From an uncultured delta proteobacterium (lineage in GTDB: Bacteria; Myxococcota_A; Polyangia; Fen-1088): a stretch of DNA of 64,000 nt. Of the stretch, positions 49,669 to 58,478 are shown piece after piece (the first letter of the stretch is position 1; the number at the start of each line of letters is the position of its first letter). The translations under genes were made by a program, and so were the position numbers. The stretch spans positions 195,560 through 259,559 of the forward strand of contig CAVWIP010000006.1 in the NCBI GenBank assembly GCA_963755125.1. Direction: 5' to 3'. A model generated the notes under the pieces. It was given only the letters and a program-made list of their open reading frames with translations. It was not told where the DNA came from and ran no database searches.

Positions 49669-52239
49669 ATGCGCCAAATTTCGCTGTTTCGATCCTTCGT
49701 CTTAGCAGCCAGCGCCATTTCTCTCTCCGGAAGCGGCTGCGGCAGGTCCGTAAGCGTGCTCTCGACCGATGGAGCCGTGGAGTCAGATGGGCCCACGGGC
49801 AGGGGCGGCGCCTTCGGCGGCAACAGCGGTTTTGGGGGAAGCCAGAGTTCGGGTGGCACGGTCGGAGCCGGCGGCACCACGAGTATCGGCGGCAGCGGCG
49901 GAAATGCCACCGGCGGCACGACGAGCGCGGGCGGCAGTGCCGGGGCATCAAGCGGCGGCGTGGGCGGATCGGGTGAAATCGCGACCTCGGGCACAGGCGG
50001 AACCCCCGCGGGATCGAACGGAACTCCAATGGGCGGGAGAAGTGGCAGCGGCGGAGCGTCAGGCACAGGGGGAACCAACGCCAGTGGTGGAGCGATTGGC
50101 GCGGGAGGAACGAGCGCGGCCGGCGGAATGATCGCAACGGGCGGGAGAAGTGGCAGCGGCGGAGCGTCAGGCACAGGGGGAACCAACGCCAGTGGTGGAG
50201 CGATTGGCGCGGGAGGAACGAGCGCGGCCGGCGGAATGATCGCAACGGGCGGGAGCACCGGCATGGGCGGAGCGACCAGTACCGGAGGCGACACGGCGAG
50301 CGGCGGAGCCGGCAGTACAGTAACCACGACTCCCACCTTTTCTCCTCCGGCAGGCGCGATCGTTGATGGCTCAACAGTCTCCTGGTCTTCGACGACACCG
50401 GGGGCGACCTACCTTTATTGCTCCGGGGCATCCTGCACGCCGGGTACCCCGGGATCGTCCGTCGTGGCGCACCCACCCATCACCGTCTGCGCCGAGGCGC
50501 AAGCCACCGGCCTGGCCAACTCCAGCATTGCGTGCGCCTCTTACACCTTGTCCAACGGTTACTACAGCTTGCCGCCGGATCGTGTGACGACGTGGAATCC
50601 GGGGCTGAACGCAGTCGGCGGTATCCCGACCACGTATACACAGTGCGGTTCCACCATTGCTCCAAGCGGCGGCGACGACACGTCGACTATCCAGTCGGCA
50701 CTCGACTCCTGTCCGGCGAAGCACTACGTGCTACTCGCCGCGGGCACCTTCCAGATCACGGGGGAGGGCTTGACGATTGGTAATTCGCAGGTGGTGCTGC
50801 GAGGCGCAGGGGCAGGAAAGACGATACTTACGAAGCCCACCGGCTCGAATTACCCTGTCATCATCATTGGCACGCGGTGGCCCAACAACGCGGCTGGCGT
50901 CGCATTGACGGCGGATGCGGCGAAGGAGGCGACACAGATCACCCTTGCGTCTGCCAGTGGCTTTAGCGTCAATCAGATCATCGTCATTAACCACCTCACT
51001 GACCCTGCGATCTCCAACTGGTCCAGTGATTGCGACAGTGCCTGTCAGGGGTGGTTCTCAGAGACGGGTCGTCCGGTTGGGCAGACCGACATGATCACCG
51101 CTATCAACGGAAACGTGCTCACTCTGGAAACGCCGCTTCATATCGCCTTCACGGTTGCGGACGGCTCGCACGCCTTCTACTTTTCGCAGCCGTCGGTGGT
51201 TTACAGCGGAATCGAGAACCTCACCGCGCAGTATGGCGAGGGCGGCGATGGTGGAGGGGGCATCCACCTGTTTGGCGGGACAGCCTACTCATGGGTGAAG
51301 AACGTCGAGAGCGCGATGTCAGTGGGAACGTCGATCAATCTTGATGGAACGTACCGTTGCGTGGTCCGCGACTCATACCTCCACGATGCGGAAGACGGAC
51401 CATCTGAAGGTGGTGGCGCCTACGGTCTCGGATTCAACGAGTACGCTTCGGACAACCTGGCCGAGAACAACATCATCATGCGCTTCAACAAGGTCATGGT
51501 CATGCGGGCCAGTGGCGGCGGGAACGTGACTGCCTACAACTACGTGGACGATGGTACCGATATTTCGGGATCGGACACCTCGTGGATGGAGTCGGGTATT
51601 AATGCAACCCATATGACGACCCCCCACTACGAGCTATTCGAGGGAAACCAGGCGTTCAACGCCGATGCGGACAATCGTTGGGGCAACTCCGTCTACATTA
51701 CCTTCTTCCGCAATCAACTCGTCGGAAAGTGCCGCACCTACAACTGCTCGTCGAACCAGCGTGCCGCCGGCTTCATGCGAGCCGAAAACAGCTCGTACGA
51801 GGGAGCCGGGATCTCCCATGAGTGGTATTCCTGGGTGGGAAACGTGCTGGGCTATTCTGGGCAGCCGAGTGCCACGTACGAGTCGCTTGACGCAAGTGCC
51901 GGGTGGCCCAATCCGGTTATGTGGCAAATGGGCGTAGACCCGGGCAACTGGGCGCTCAACGGCGACCCGCAGGCGATGGCGACCCACCTACGCGATGGAA
52001 ACTACGACTACGAGACCAAACAGGTCCACTGGAACGGCATCGGCGGAACCGGCACATCGTACACGACTCCGCCGGCTGCGGCGACGCTACCCAACTCGCT
52101 TTATCTACAAGCTGCGCCTGCATTTTTTGGCACAGGGACATGGCCCTGGGTTGATGGGGCGAATTCCACAAATCCTCTGCCAGGCACGCTGCCGGCCCGC
52201 GTGCGCTATGACGCCGGGACGCCCAATACCGTACCGTAG
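49669..52239 (+). CDS. Lipoprotein: Gly linker, small Fn3-associated-like domain, right-handed beta-helix (pectin lyase fold) domain
   Basis: Lipobox GSGC, two identical 108-bp linker units (50031-50246), TPTFSPPAG, WNPG, DDTSTIQSALD, VLRGAG, NLAENN, LFEGN, LPNSLY. Confidence 0.8.
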   Translation: MRQISLFRSFVLAASAISLSGSGCGRSVSVLSTDGAVESDGPTGRGGAFGGNSGFGGSQSSGGTVGAGGTTSIGGSGGNATGGTTSAGGSAGASSGGVGGSGEIATSGTGGTPAGSNGTPMGGRSGSGGASGTGGTNASGGAIGAGGTSAAGGMIATGGRSGSGGASGTGGTNASGGAIGAGGTSAAGGMIATGGSTGMGGATSTGGDTASGGAGSTVTTTPTFSPPAGAIVDGSTVSWSSTTPGATYLYCSGASCTPGTPGSSVVAHPPITVCAEAQATGLANSSIACASYTLSNGYYSLPPDRVTTWNPGLNAVGGIPTTYTQCGSTIAPSGGDDTSTIQSALDSCPAKHYVLLAAGTFQITGEGLTIGNSQVVLRGAGAGKTILTKPTGSNYPVIIIGTRWPNNAAGVALTADAAKEATQITLASASGFSVNQIIVINHLTDPAISNWSSDCDSACQGWFSETGRPVGQTDMITAINGNVLTLETPLHIAFTVADGSHAFYFSQPSVVYSGIENLTAQYGEGGDGGGGIHLFGGTAYSWVKNVESAMSVGTSINLDGTYRCVVRDSYLHDAEDGPSEGGGAYGLGFNEYASDNLAENNIIMRFNKVMVMRASGGGNVTAYNYVDDGTDISGSDTSWMESGINATHMTTPHYELFEGNQAFNADADNRWGNSVYITFFRNQLVGKCRTYNCSSNQRAAGFMRAENSSYEGAGISHEWYSWVGNVLGYSGQPSATYESLDASAGWPNPVMWQMGVDPGNWALNGDPQAMATHLRDGNYDYETKQVHWNGIGGTGTSYTTPPAAATLPNSLYLQAAPAFFGTGTWPWVDGANSTNPLPGTLPARVRYDAGTPNTVP

Positions 52240-52318
52240 CGACTCACCGCCGTAGGACTATAGAGAGGCACCTGATGGCAGGCGGGTTGGGTCGGCTTGG
52301 GTCGTCGGTCACGCCAAC

Positions 52319-52408
52319 TATCGCCCTCGACGGCGCGGCCCATCAGTTCGGCGTCGCCAACCGTGTCAGGCGTGGGGAACGGGATGGGTTCTTTCACGGT
52401 ATTGCCCG
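52319..52408 (-). pseudogene. 5' fragment of ECF sigma gene, start codon deleted
   Basis: GNTVKEPIPFPTPDTVGDAELMGRAVEGD matches the N-terminus of 48943-49542. Confidence 0.9.
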
Positions 52409-52482
52409 CAAACGGCTCACCGGATCTTGTGGGCGATCCAAGCATGGGTGAGGTGAAATGCCGAGTCTCATCGCTTCCCTGA

Positions 52483-52509
52483 TGAGCCATTTCGCCTACC
52501 TGGTGGATC
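52483..52509 (+). promoter_or_regulatory. Candidate ECF promoter TGAGCC-N16-GGATC
   Basis: TGAGCC ATTTCGCCTACCTGGT GGATC, 9 nt before ATG 52519. Confidence 0.7.
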
Positions 52510-52518
52510 CTCTCTCCC

Positions 52519-54156
52519 ATGCGACACTTTTGGATGACCCGACATTTCCTCTTGCTAGTCAGCGCCATTTCCCTGGCTGAGAGCAACTGCGGCAATTCCG
52601 TGAGCACGCCTTCGACCGATGGAGCCGCGAGGTCAGATGCGCCCACGACCACGGGCGGCGCCTTCGGCGGCAGCAGCGGTTCTGGGGGAAGCCAGAATTC
52701 GGGTGGTACGGTCGGGGCCGGCGGCACCACGAGTGTCGGCGGCACCGGCGGAAATGCCATCGGCGGCACCACGAGCACGGGCACCAGTGCCGGGGCAGCA
52801 AGCGGCGGAGCGGCCGGATCGGGTGGAATCGCGACCTCGCGTACGAGTGGAAACGCATCCGGAGGCGCCGCAGGCGGAACCTCCGCGGGATCGGGCGGAA
52901 CCGCGAGGGGCGGGAGAAGTGGCAGCGGCGGAGCGGCAGGCACAGGGGGAGCCGACGCCAGCGGTGGAGCGATTGGCACGGGAGGAACGAACGTGGCCGG
53001 TGGAATGATCGCAACGGGCGGGAGAAGTGGCGGCGGCGGGGCGGCAGGCACAGGGGGAGCCAACGCCAGCGGTGGAGCGATTGGCACGGGAGGAACGAGC
53101 GCGGCCGGTGGAATGATCGCAATGGGCGGGAGCACCGCCATAGGCGGAGCGGCCAGTACCGGAGGCAACACGCCAAGCAGCGGAGCCGGCTCCGCCGGCA
53201 CCGGAGCCATGCCCGCGGGTTGGCTGTACACGAGCAGTGGCAAAATCTATGTCGCCAACGGGTCCGGCGCGGGTACGCAATGGATGGGCCGTGGCGTCAA
53301 CATTGATGATCTTTTTCTGTGCGGTTACAACAGCGGCCTCTCGAATTCGAGTGCGGAGACGGATCTGGAAGGGATTGTCTCGACATTGATGAAGAACTGG
53401 AAGCCCAATTTCATACGCACTTCATTGCACATGGACAACACGGTGGACAGTTGGGGAGGGACCACGAGTTGGTCCAACGCCAAGTATGGCCCGCCGATGA
53501 CCAATGTGGTTAATTACATTGGCACGACGTATCCCAATACCTACGTGCTTGTGTCATTGCGCAGCGACGCCTCGATGGCGAATGAGGATAGCAACGATGC
53601 TTCATGGATTCCCACGGCGGCAACCAATGCGGTCTACGAGGCCATTGTGGACTCGTTCGCTAACGACAACTTTGTAATGATTGGGCTAACCAACGAGCCA
53701 TCGACTGCCTCATGGTCGAGCCTCTATTCGGCCATGTCGGGGGCTGTCACGGCGATCCGCAACGAAGAGAACAAGCTGGGCGTGCCTCACCACATCATCG
53801 CGGTCCAAGGCATCAATTACACCAGTGACATTAGTTACTACGCTACCACTCCCATTGCCTCCGACAATATCGTCTACGAATACCACGGTTATGCGCCCAA
53901 TTCGAGCGACTACACGTACTCTAACATCCCCGTTATCATAGGTGAATTCGGCCCAGCCGACTTCAGCGATAACGAGACCCTGCCCGCCTCTTTCTATACA
54001 GACGTCGAGACCAAGAAGATCCCATGGTTGGCTTGGGACTTCGAGCCCTACAGCGACTGCGGACCGGACCTGCTCGTTGTCAACAATTCTTTTAGCGACA
54101 CCTCCCTTAGCACCTGGGGGAAACAAGTGATGCCCATCGTGTTGAACCCTCCCTAA
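52519..54156 (+). CDS. Exported protein (degenerate lipobox ESNC): Gly linker + glycoside hydrolase family 5-like domain
   Basis: N-terminus paralogous to 49669, RGVN, FIRT, GLTNEP, YEYHGY, PVIIGEFG, WLAW. Confidence 0.82.
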   Translation: MRHFWMTRHFLLLVSAISLAESNCGNSVSTPSTDGAARSDAPTTTGGAFGGSSGSGGSQNSGGTVGAGGTTSVGGTGGNAIGGTTSTGTSAGAASGGAAGSGGIATSRTSGNASGGAAGGTSAGSGGTARGGRSGSGGAAGTGGADASGGAIGTGGTNVAGGMIATGGRSGGGGAAGTGGANASGGAIGTGGTSAAGGMIAMGGSTAIGGAASTGGNTPSSGAGSAGTGAMPAGWLYTSSGKIYVANGSGAGTQWMGRGVNIDDLFLCGYNSGLSNSSAETDLEGIVSTLMKNWKPNFIRTSLHMDNTVDSWGGTTSWSNAKYGPPMTNVVNYIGTTYPNTYVLVSLRSDASMANEDSNDASWIPTAATNAVYEAIVDSFANDNFVMIGLTNEPSTASWSSLYSAMSGAVTAIRNEENKLGVPHHIIAVQGINYTSDISYYATTPIASDNIVYEYHGYAPNSSDYTYSNIPVIIGEFGPADFSDNETLPASFYTDVETKKIPWLAWDFEPYSDCGPDLLVVNNSFSDTSLSTWGKQVMPIVLNPP

Positions 54157-54239
54157 AACGCGCAAAGGTCATCCCATGACCCATCAGCGTCACGCATGTG
54201 CGCGGCCACGGGCGGGCAGGGGCGCCGACAGTCTCGCAG

Positions 54240-54680
54240 CGGGCGCATGCACCGTGCTGTCCAGAAAGCTATCGCCACTGTCCGAAGCACGGGATGAAGC
54301 TCTGGCCCAAGGCGAAGGTTCGTCCGATTCGGTTCCACGATCTCCGGCACACCACCGCTTCGTTGCTGATGATGGCCGGCGCGAATCCAGCGTCGGTGCA
54401 TCTTCGGCACAGCAACGTCAAGACCACCACGACGGTCTACGGCCACCTGCTCCCCGACTACCTACGCAGCGAGATCGACCGGCTGAGTTTCTATTCGGGA
54501 GTTTCGAAGAGTGGCCACGCAGATAGCAGCGCTTTGCTGCCGGTGGCACCGGATGCGAAGAAATTTGGTGCCCATTTGCTGCCAGGGAGCGAAAGCGGCC
54601 CACCTGGCCTTCCCCCCGGAGGGGGGATTTCCGAGGAATTTCACAATCTTGGGTTGGCGGGGTGGACGGGACTTGAATAG
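54240..54680 (+). pseudogene. C-terminal fragment of a tyrosine integrase
   Basis: IRFHDLRHTTASLL...HLRHS...VYGH with a small internal deletion. The frame runs into the att-like sequence. Confidence 0.85.
54655..54677 (-). other. att-site remnant: 3' end of a tRNA (Asp-like)
   Basis: Reverse complement TTCAAGTCCCGTCCACCCCGCCA gives T-loop, T-stem, acceptor strand and CCA. The 5' part of the tRNA is absent. Confidence 0.75.
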
Positions 54681-55063
54681 GACCTGGGCCAAAAACGAAA
54701 CCCGAGTCGGGACGCGGACTTGGCTCTTATCCCACCGAAATGACTCAGTTTTCCTATTCCCCTCCCGTGCTTCGCATTGCCCTGCTTTCCCCTCGTTTGC
54801 CCCGAAGTTACGGCAACCTGACGGCAACGGAAAACGATCCTGACGAGACATGTGGGGGTGGAAAATGTCCGAGCCAGATAGCCGCGTAGGGTAGGGAACC
54901 TTCGGAGAATTCTCGTGCAAGTGTTGGTTGCGCTTGAAGCCCCCGCATGAGGCGCGATCGCCTCGGGCTGCGCCGCCGGAGGACCTCGCGCCGAACCACG
55001 GGACTGCCACGACCTCCGGCTTGACACGCCGGAGGCCGCGAGTCGGATCGTGATTTGGGGACA

Positions 55064-55234
55064 CTACGGCCGGCGTTTTCCCCGATGGCCCTGCTCAAGA
55101 TCAGCGGAGAGCCTGTGACCGAGGCGCAGGGCGAGTCCGACGCCACCGGCTAGGAAGAACCCAAGCTCTCGCACGAGATCCGCTTGCAGGCGGATCACGC
55201 GAATTTTGTCCGGATCGAGGATCTGCCGGTTCAT
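55064..55234 (-). pseudogene. N-terminal fragment of AbiEii-like nucleotidyltransferase toxin
   Basis: FFLAGGVGLALRLGHRLSADL motif, then truncated. Confidence 0.75.
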
Positions 55235-55500
55235 ACGCGAACAGGCCATTTGAAACCTAGGTAGGGACGATTTGGAATGTCGTCCACAGCGAGCCGAAAT
55301 TCCTTGCGAGATCAGGATGGCCAGCAGAGGTCTCCAGTTGTCCCTTGCTCGGTGATTCTCGTGACCGCTGGGCTATTAACCGCTAGCACCTCAATCCAGC
55401 GAGACCGTCCTGATTTCAATGATTTAGCGGAGTTGGAACGTCAGGAAACGTCAGGAAGCGTCTCCGAACGTCACATTCTGGCTACGCACAGCCAGAATTC

Positions 55501-55621
55501 CGCGCCCGCCGATCCAGTGGCCGAAGGGCTCGTGGACGCGTGGCGTGCTTGGGCCGAGCAGCATGAACCGCGCGAGCTGCGCAAGGTCCTGCTCGCCATC
55601 ATGGGGCTGCTTGATGAGTAG
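55501..55621 (+). repeat. 121-bp direct repeat, copy 1 (coding)
   Basis: Matches 61746-61866 with 5 mismatches. Encodes APADPVAEGLVDAWRAWAEQHEPRELRKVLLAIMGLLDE*. Confidence 0.9.
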
Positions 55622-55633
55622 GGACTCGCGTGA

Positions 55634-55686
55634 CTGCGCGGGCGCCGGCCCAAGTCCGCAAGGGCGAGGGCCGTCCCTACCGCGAC
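55634..55686 (+). ncRNA. Group II intron 3' remnant (domain VI)
   Basis: CTGCGCGGGCGC-CGGCCC..GTCC-GCAA-GGGC..GGGCCG-TCCCTACCGCGAC: stem with GNRA loop, bulged A and AC terminus. Confidence 0.65.
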
Positions 55687-55772
55687 CGTTGCCGGTGTAG
55701 CCGGAATTACAGGCGCAGGTGAAGGAGCCCGGAGTGTTGGTGCAGGTCGCGTTGACGTCACACCCACTGTCG
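55687..55772 (-). pseudogene. EGF-like domain fragment
   Basis: CDVNATCTNTPGSFTCACNSGYTGNG. Confidence 0.85.
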
Positions 55773-56166
55773 CTTGCCTTGGCGTCAACGGTGGACCAAC
55801 CAGGCAACCACAAGAGCCACCAACACGGCAACGCTTGGGGGCAGCCACATAATGAGCGTCGCGGTTGGGTGCTTGAACCTCGCAACGAGTTCACCCTTCC
55901 TGTGAAGCTCCAACATGCACGGAATCTTCACGACGCCGCGGTCGGCATCAATCCCGGCGGCCGAGAGGTCATGGCTGGTCGAAAAGCCAAAGCTGCGCTT
56001 TCGAGATACCTCCCGACCGCCCACGGAGATGATTTCCATACGCGAACGTCCACCGTAGTGTGATCACACTTCCCAGAACCACCCCCAGAACCACCACCGG
56101 CACGATGTACAACGCTAGCAACCACGGTGGTGACCAGTTTGGTGAAGCTGGGGACGGCGGGAGGAA

Positions 56167-56248
56167 GGGCCTCCCGGGCGGGGTCACGCTGGTCACATTG
56201 CCGTTGGCATCGTACCCGAACACCACGCTGTTACCGTCGGTGAAGGTC
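56167..56248 (-). pseudogene. Rhs/YD-repeat fragment
   Basis: TFTDGNSVVFGYDANGNVTSVTPPGRP. Confidence 0.75.
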
Positions 56249-56262
56249 CGGATACCAACAAG

Positions 56263-56733
56263 TTACGAGCACCCCCATCCCGCCATGTGGTGGGCGTAGA
56301 CGAAGCCGGACAGCGCTCGTAGCGCAAGGTTGAGTGAGTACAGCCCGGCTAGAAACAAGAGGGCTCCCAACCAACGCCGTCGGCTTTCCGTTGCAAGGCC
56401 GGACGCGACCGCTGCCGCCGCTGCGTAGATCGGTGCCGTGATGACATCAGGATGCGCGGCCGGATGTACGATCTGCAAGAGCGGAATGCTAAGGGCAGCC
56501 AAGGAGGCGAGGCTTACGAGGATGCGAGGCCACGCGGCGTGAACTCGACCGGAGCGTACCATCCGTTGCAGCCAGAGCCAGAACTGCGGCCACAGGATGG
56601 CGACTATCCCCGCCAGCCACGACCAGGATGGGGGGGCACCCCAGTCGATACACTTGGAGTAAGGACGAGTGATCGAGTACCCCCACACGCCTGCCGGAAT
56701 CGACACGAGCAGCGCGAAGAAGTGAATCCTCAT
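56263..56733 (-). CDS. Multi-TM hypothetical protein, possible immunity protein
   Basis: About five hydrophobic helices. ATGA overlap with the upstream IS-disrupted ORF. Confidence 0.55.
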   Translation of the reverse strand: MRIHFFALLVSIPAGVWGYSITRPYSKCIDWGAPPSWSWLAGIVAILWPQFWLWLQRMVRSGRVHAAWPRILVSLASLAALSIPLLQIVHPAAHPDVITAPIYAAAAAVASGLATESRRRWLGALLFLAGLYSLNLALRALSGFVYAHHMAGWGCS

Positions 56734-56830
56734 CGCCAAAATTGCCACCAAGGGATATTGAGTTGGGCTCGCAAGCCAGCAGCGAACTGCCCCGCGAGAT
56801 CAGCACCCTCGTCACTTGTGATATTCCTAG

Positions 56831-57714
56831 AAGTGGTTTCATAAATCATCCACAGGAAGAAGTCTGAAAACTTGCGAGGTTGGCGTAGCCATGACCTTTG
56901 GTAGGTATGGCGACAGACCTGACGGATGCGCAATGGGAAACGCTGGAACCCCTGTTTCCCAAGCCAGAATATCGCTGGGACCGGCGAGGCCGCCCGTGGA
57001 CCAATAATCGGCAATGTCTGGAAGGGATCTTGTGGATGGCTCGATCCGGAGCGCGGTGGAAGGATCTGCCGCGCAGATATGGCAGCCCCGCAACTGTCTG
57101 GCGGCGCCTGCACAAGTGGGAGGAAGACGGCACGCTTGTTCGCGCCTGGCAGCGACTGCTTGGGATGCTGGAAGAACAACAGCGCCTCGAATGGGAAGAA
57201 ACCTTCATCGACGGGAGCTTCGCTCCCGCAAAAAGGGGGGCCTCTTCGTCGGGAAAACCAAGCGGGGCAAGGGAACAAAGTGGATGGTTCTGGTCGATGG
57301 CCAGGGCATTCCTGTGGGAGCCCATCTTGATTCGGCCTCCCCAGCGGAGGTCAAGCTCGTCGAGAAGACGCTCGACGCGGTGAGGGTGAGACCGACTCGA
57401 CCGGGCCGGCCGCTCACCCGGCTGGTTCTGCGCATGGTCGGTGACAAGGCATACGACAGCGATCCTCTCCGGGCGAAGCTGGCCGCGCGCGGGATCGAGC
57501 TGATCGCGCCGCCACGAAAGAACCGGAAGGCGGTTCTTCAGGATGGAAGGCCGCTCCGCCGGTACAAGCGACGCTGGAAAGTCGAGCGCACCTTCGCCTG
57601 GATGGGCAACTTTCGCCGACTGGTCGTGCGCTACGACCACAGTTTCGCAATGTACTGCGGCTTCTTCCATCTCGCGTGCCTGATCATCACGCTGAGGCAT
57701 TTATGAAACCACTT
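56831..57714 (+). mobile_element. IS5-family insertion sequence
   Basis: 14-bp IRs AAGTGGTTTCATAA / TTATGAAACCACTT flanked by CTAG (56827-56830, 57715-57718). Confidence 0.93.
56907..57706 (+). CDS. IS5 transposase, two frames joined by a probable -1 frameshift
   Basis: OrfA LTDAQW, GILW..RSGARWKDLP, IDGSF. AAAAAGGGGGG at 57230-57240. OrfB GKGTK, GDKAYDSD, YKRRWKVERTFAW. Confidence 0.9.
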
Positions 57715-58128
57715 CTAGGGAATGCGGTTACCTGAGCGCCTTCGCCGAAGGTTCCTTCCCAGGAATCTGCTTTCTTTCCAGCATTGCAGACCGACAACGT
57801 GAGCTGGTTGAGGTTCTTGCTTCCAGTACCATACACCGTCGAACTGCAACCAGCGTCCGATGCCCCCGCAGGGCAAAATGATATTGCTGTATGGGCCCTG
57901 AACGACGTCACCTTGAGCTGTACCGTGCGAAAGTCGGGATTCTAGCATTCGCGGGGTTGGTGCTCGGATATAGGGGATAGATTGGGTTTGGTTCGGGCGT
58001 GTAGGTGTATGTGGTTGATGGTGCATCGGCTATCGGCGCTCTTGCAGATGCGATTCGGTGACGGAAAAGGGGCGCTTCTTTCGCCCAGCTCCAGTACACT
58101 AGAACCGTCAGCGACTGCTGGAGGCAGC

Positions 58129-58449
58129 ATGTTCTTGCGTGGTCTTTTCCTCGCCGGCCTGTTGTTGGTTGCCATCGAAACTCCCGCTCTCGGTGAGGGT
58201 TTTCGCTGTCCCAAGAACGACCGACTGGTGGATGCCGGATCTTCAATGAAGAAGGTCATTAAGATCTGCGGTCCTCCCAAGACGCGCGAGGATCTGATCA
58301 CGAGCGACTGCGACGAGTCTGGCGTTTGTGAGAGCTACAAAGTTGGGGAACTCTGGGTCTACGACTTCGGGCCCTACACCTTGGAAATAATCCTAACGTT
58401 CATGGGCGAGCGGTTGACGAAAGTCGACCAGGGAGGCTACGGAACTTAG
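58129..58449 (+). CDS. Secreted DUF2845-like protein
   Basis: GGAGG RBS, signal peptide, FRC..RLV..G, CGPP, ELWVYDFGP. Confidence 0.8.
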   Translation: MFLRGLFLAGLLLVAIETPALGEGFRCPKNDRLVDAGSSMKKVIKICGPPKTREDLITSDCDESGVCESYKVGELWVYDFGPYTLEIILTFMGERLTKVDQGGYGT

Positions 58450-58478
58450 GCATGCAAGCCGCCGGTCAGGCGAGCGGC

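Noticed and set aside
29399..53243. Long Pro-rich ORFs antisense to Gly linkers (e.g. 29399-30112, 40003-40866, 49527-50336, 52206-53243)
   Set aside because: GGN codons read as Pro-rich stop-free frames on the opposite strand. There is no independent coding evidence.
54655..54677. tRNA gene
   Set aside because: Only the 3' 23 nt are present, with no D arm or anticodon arm.
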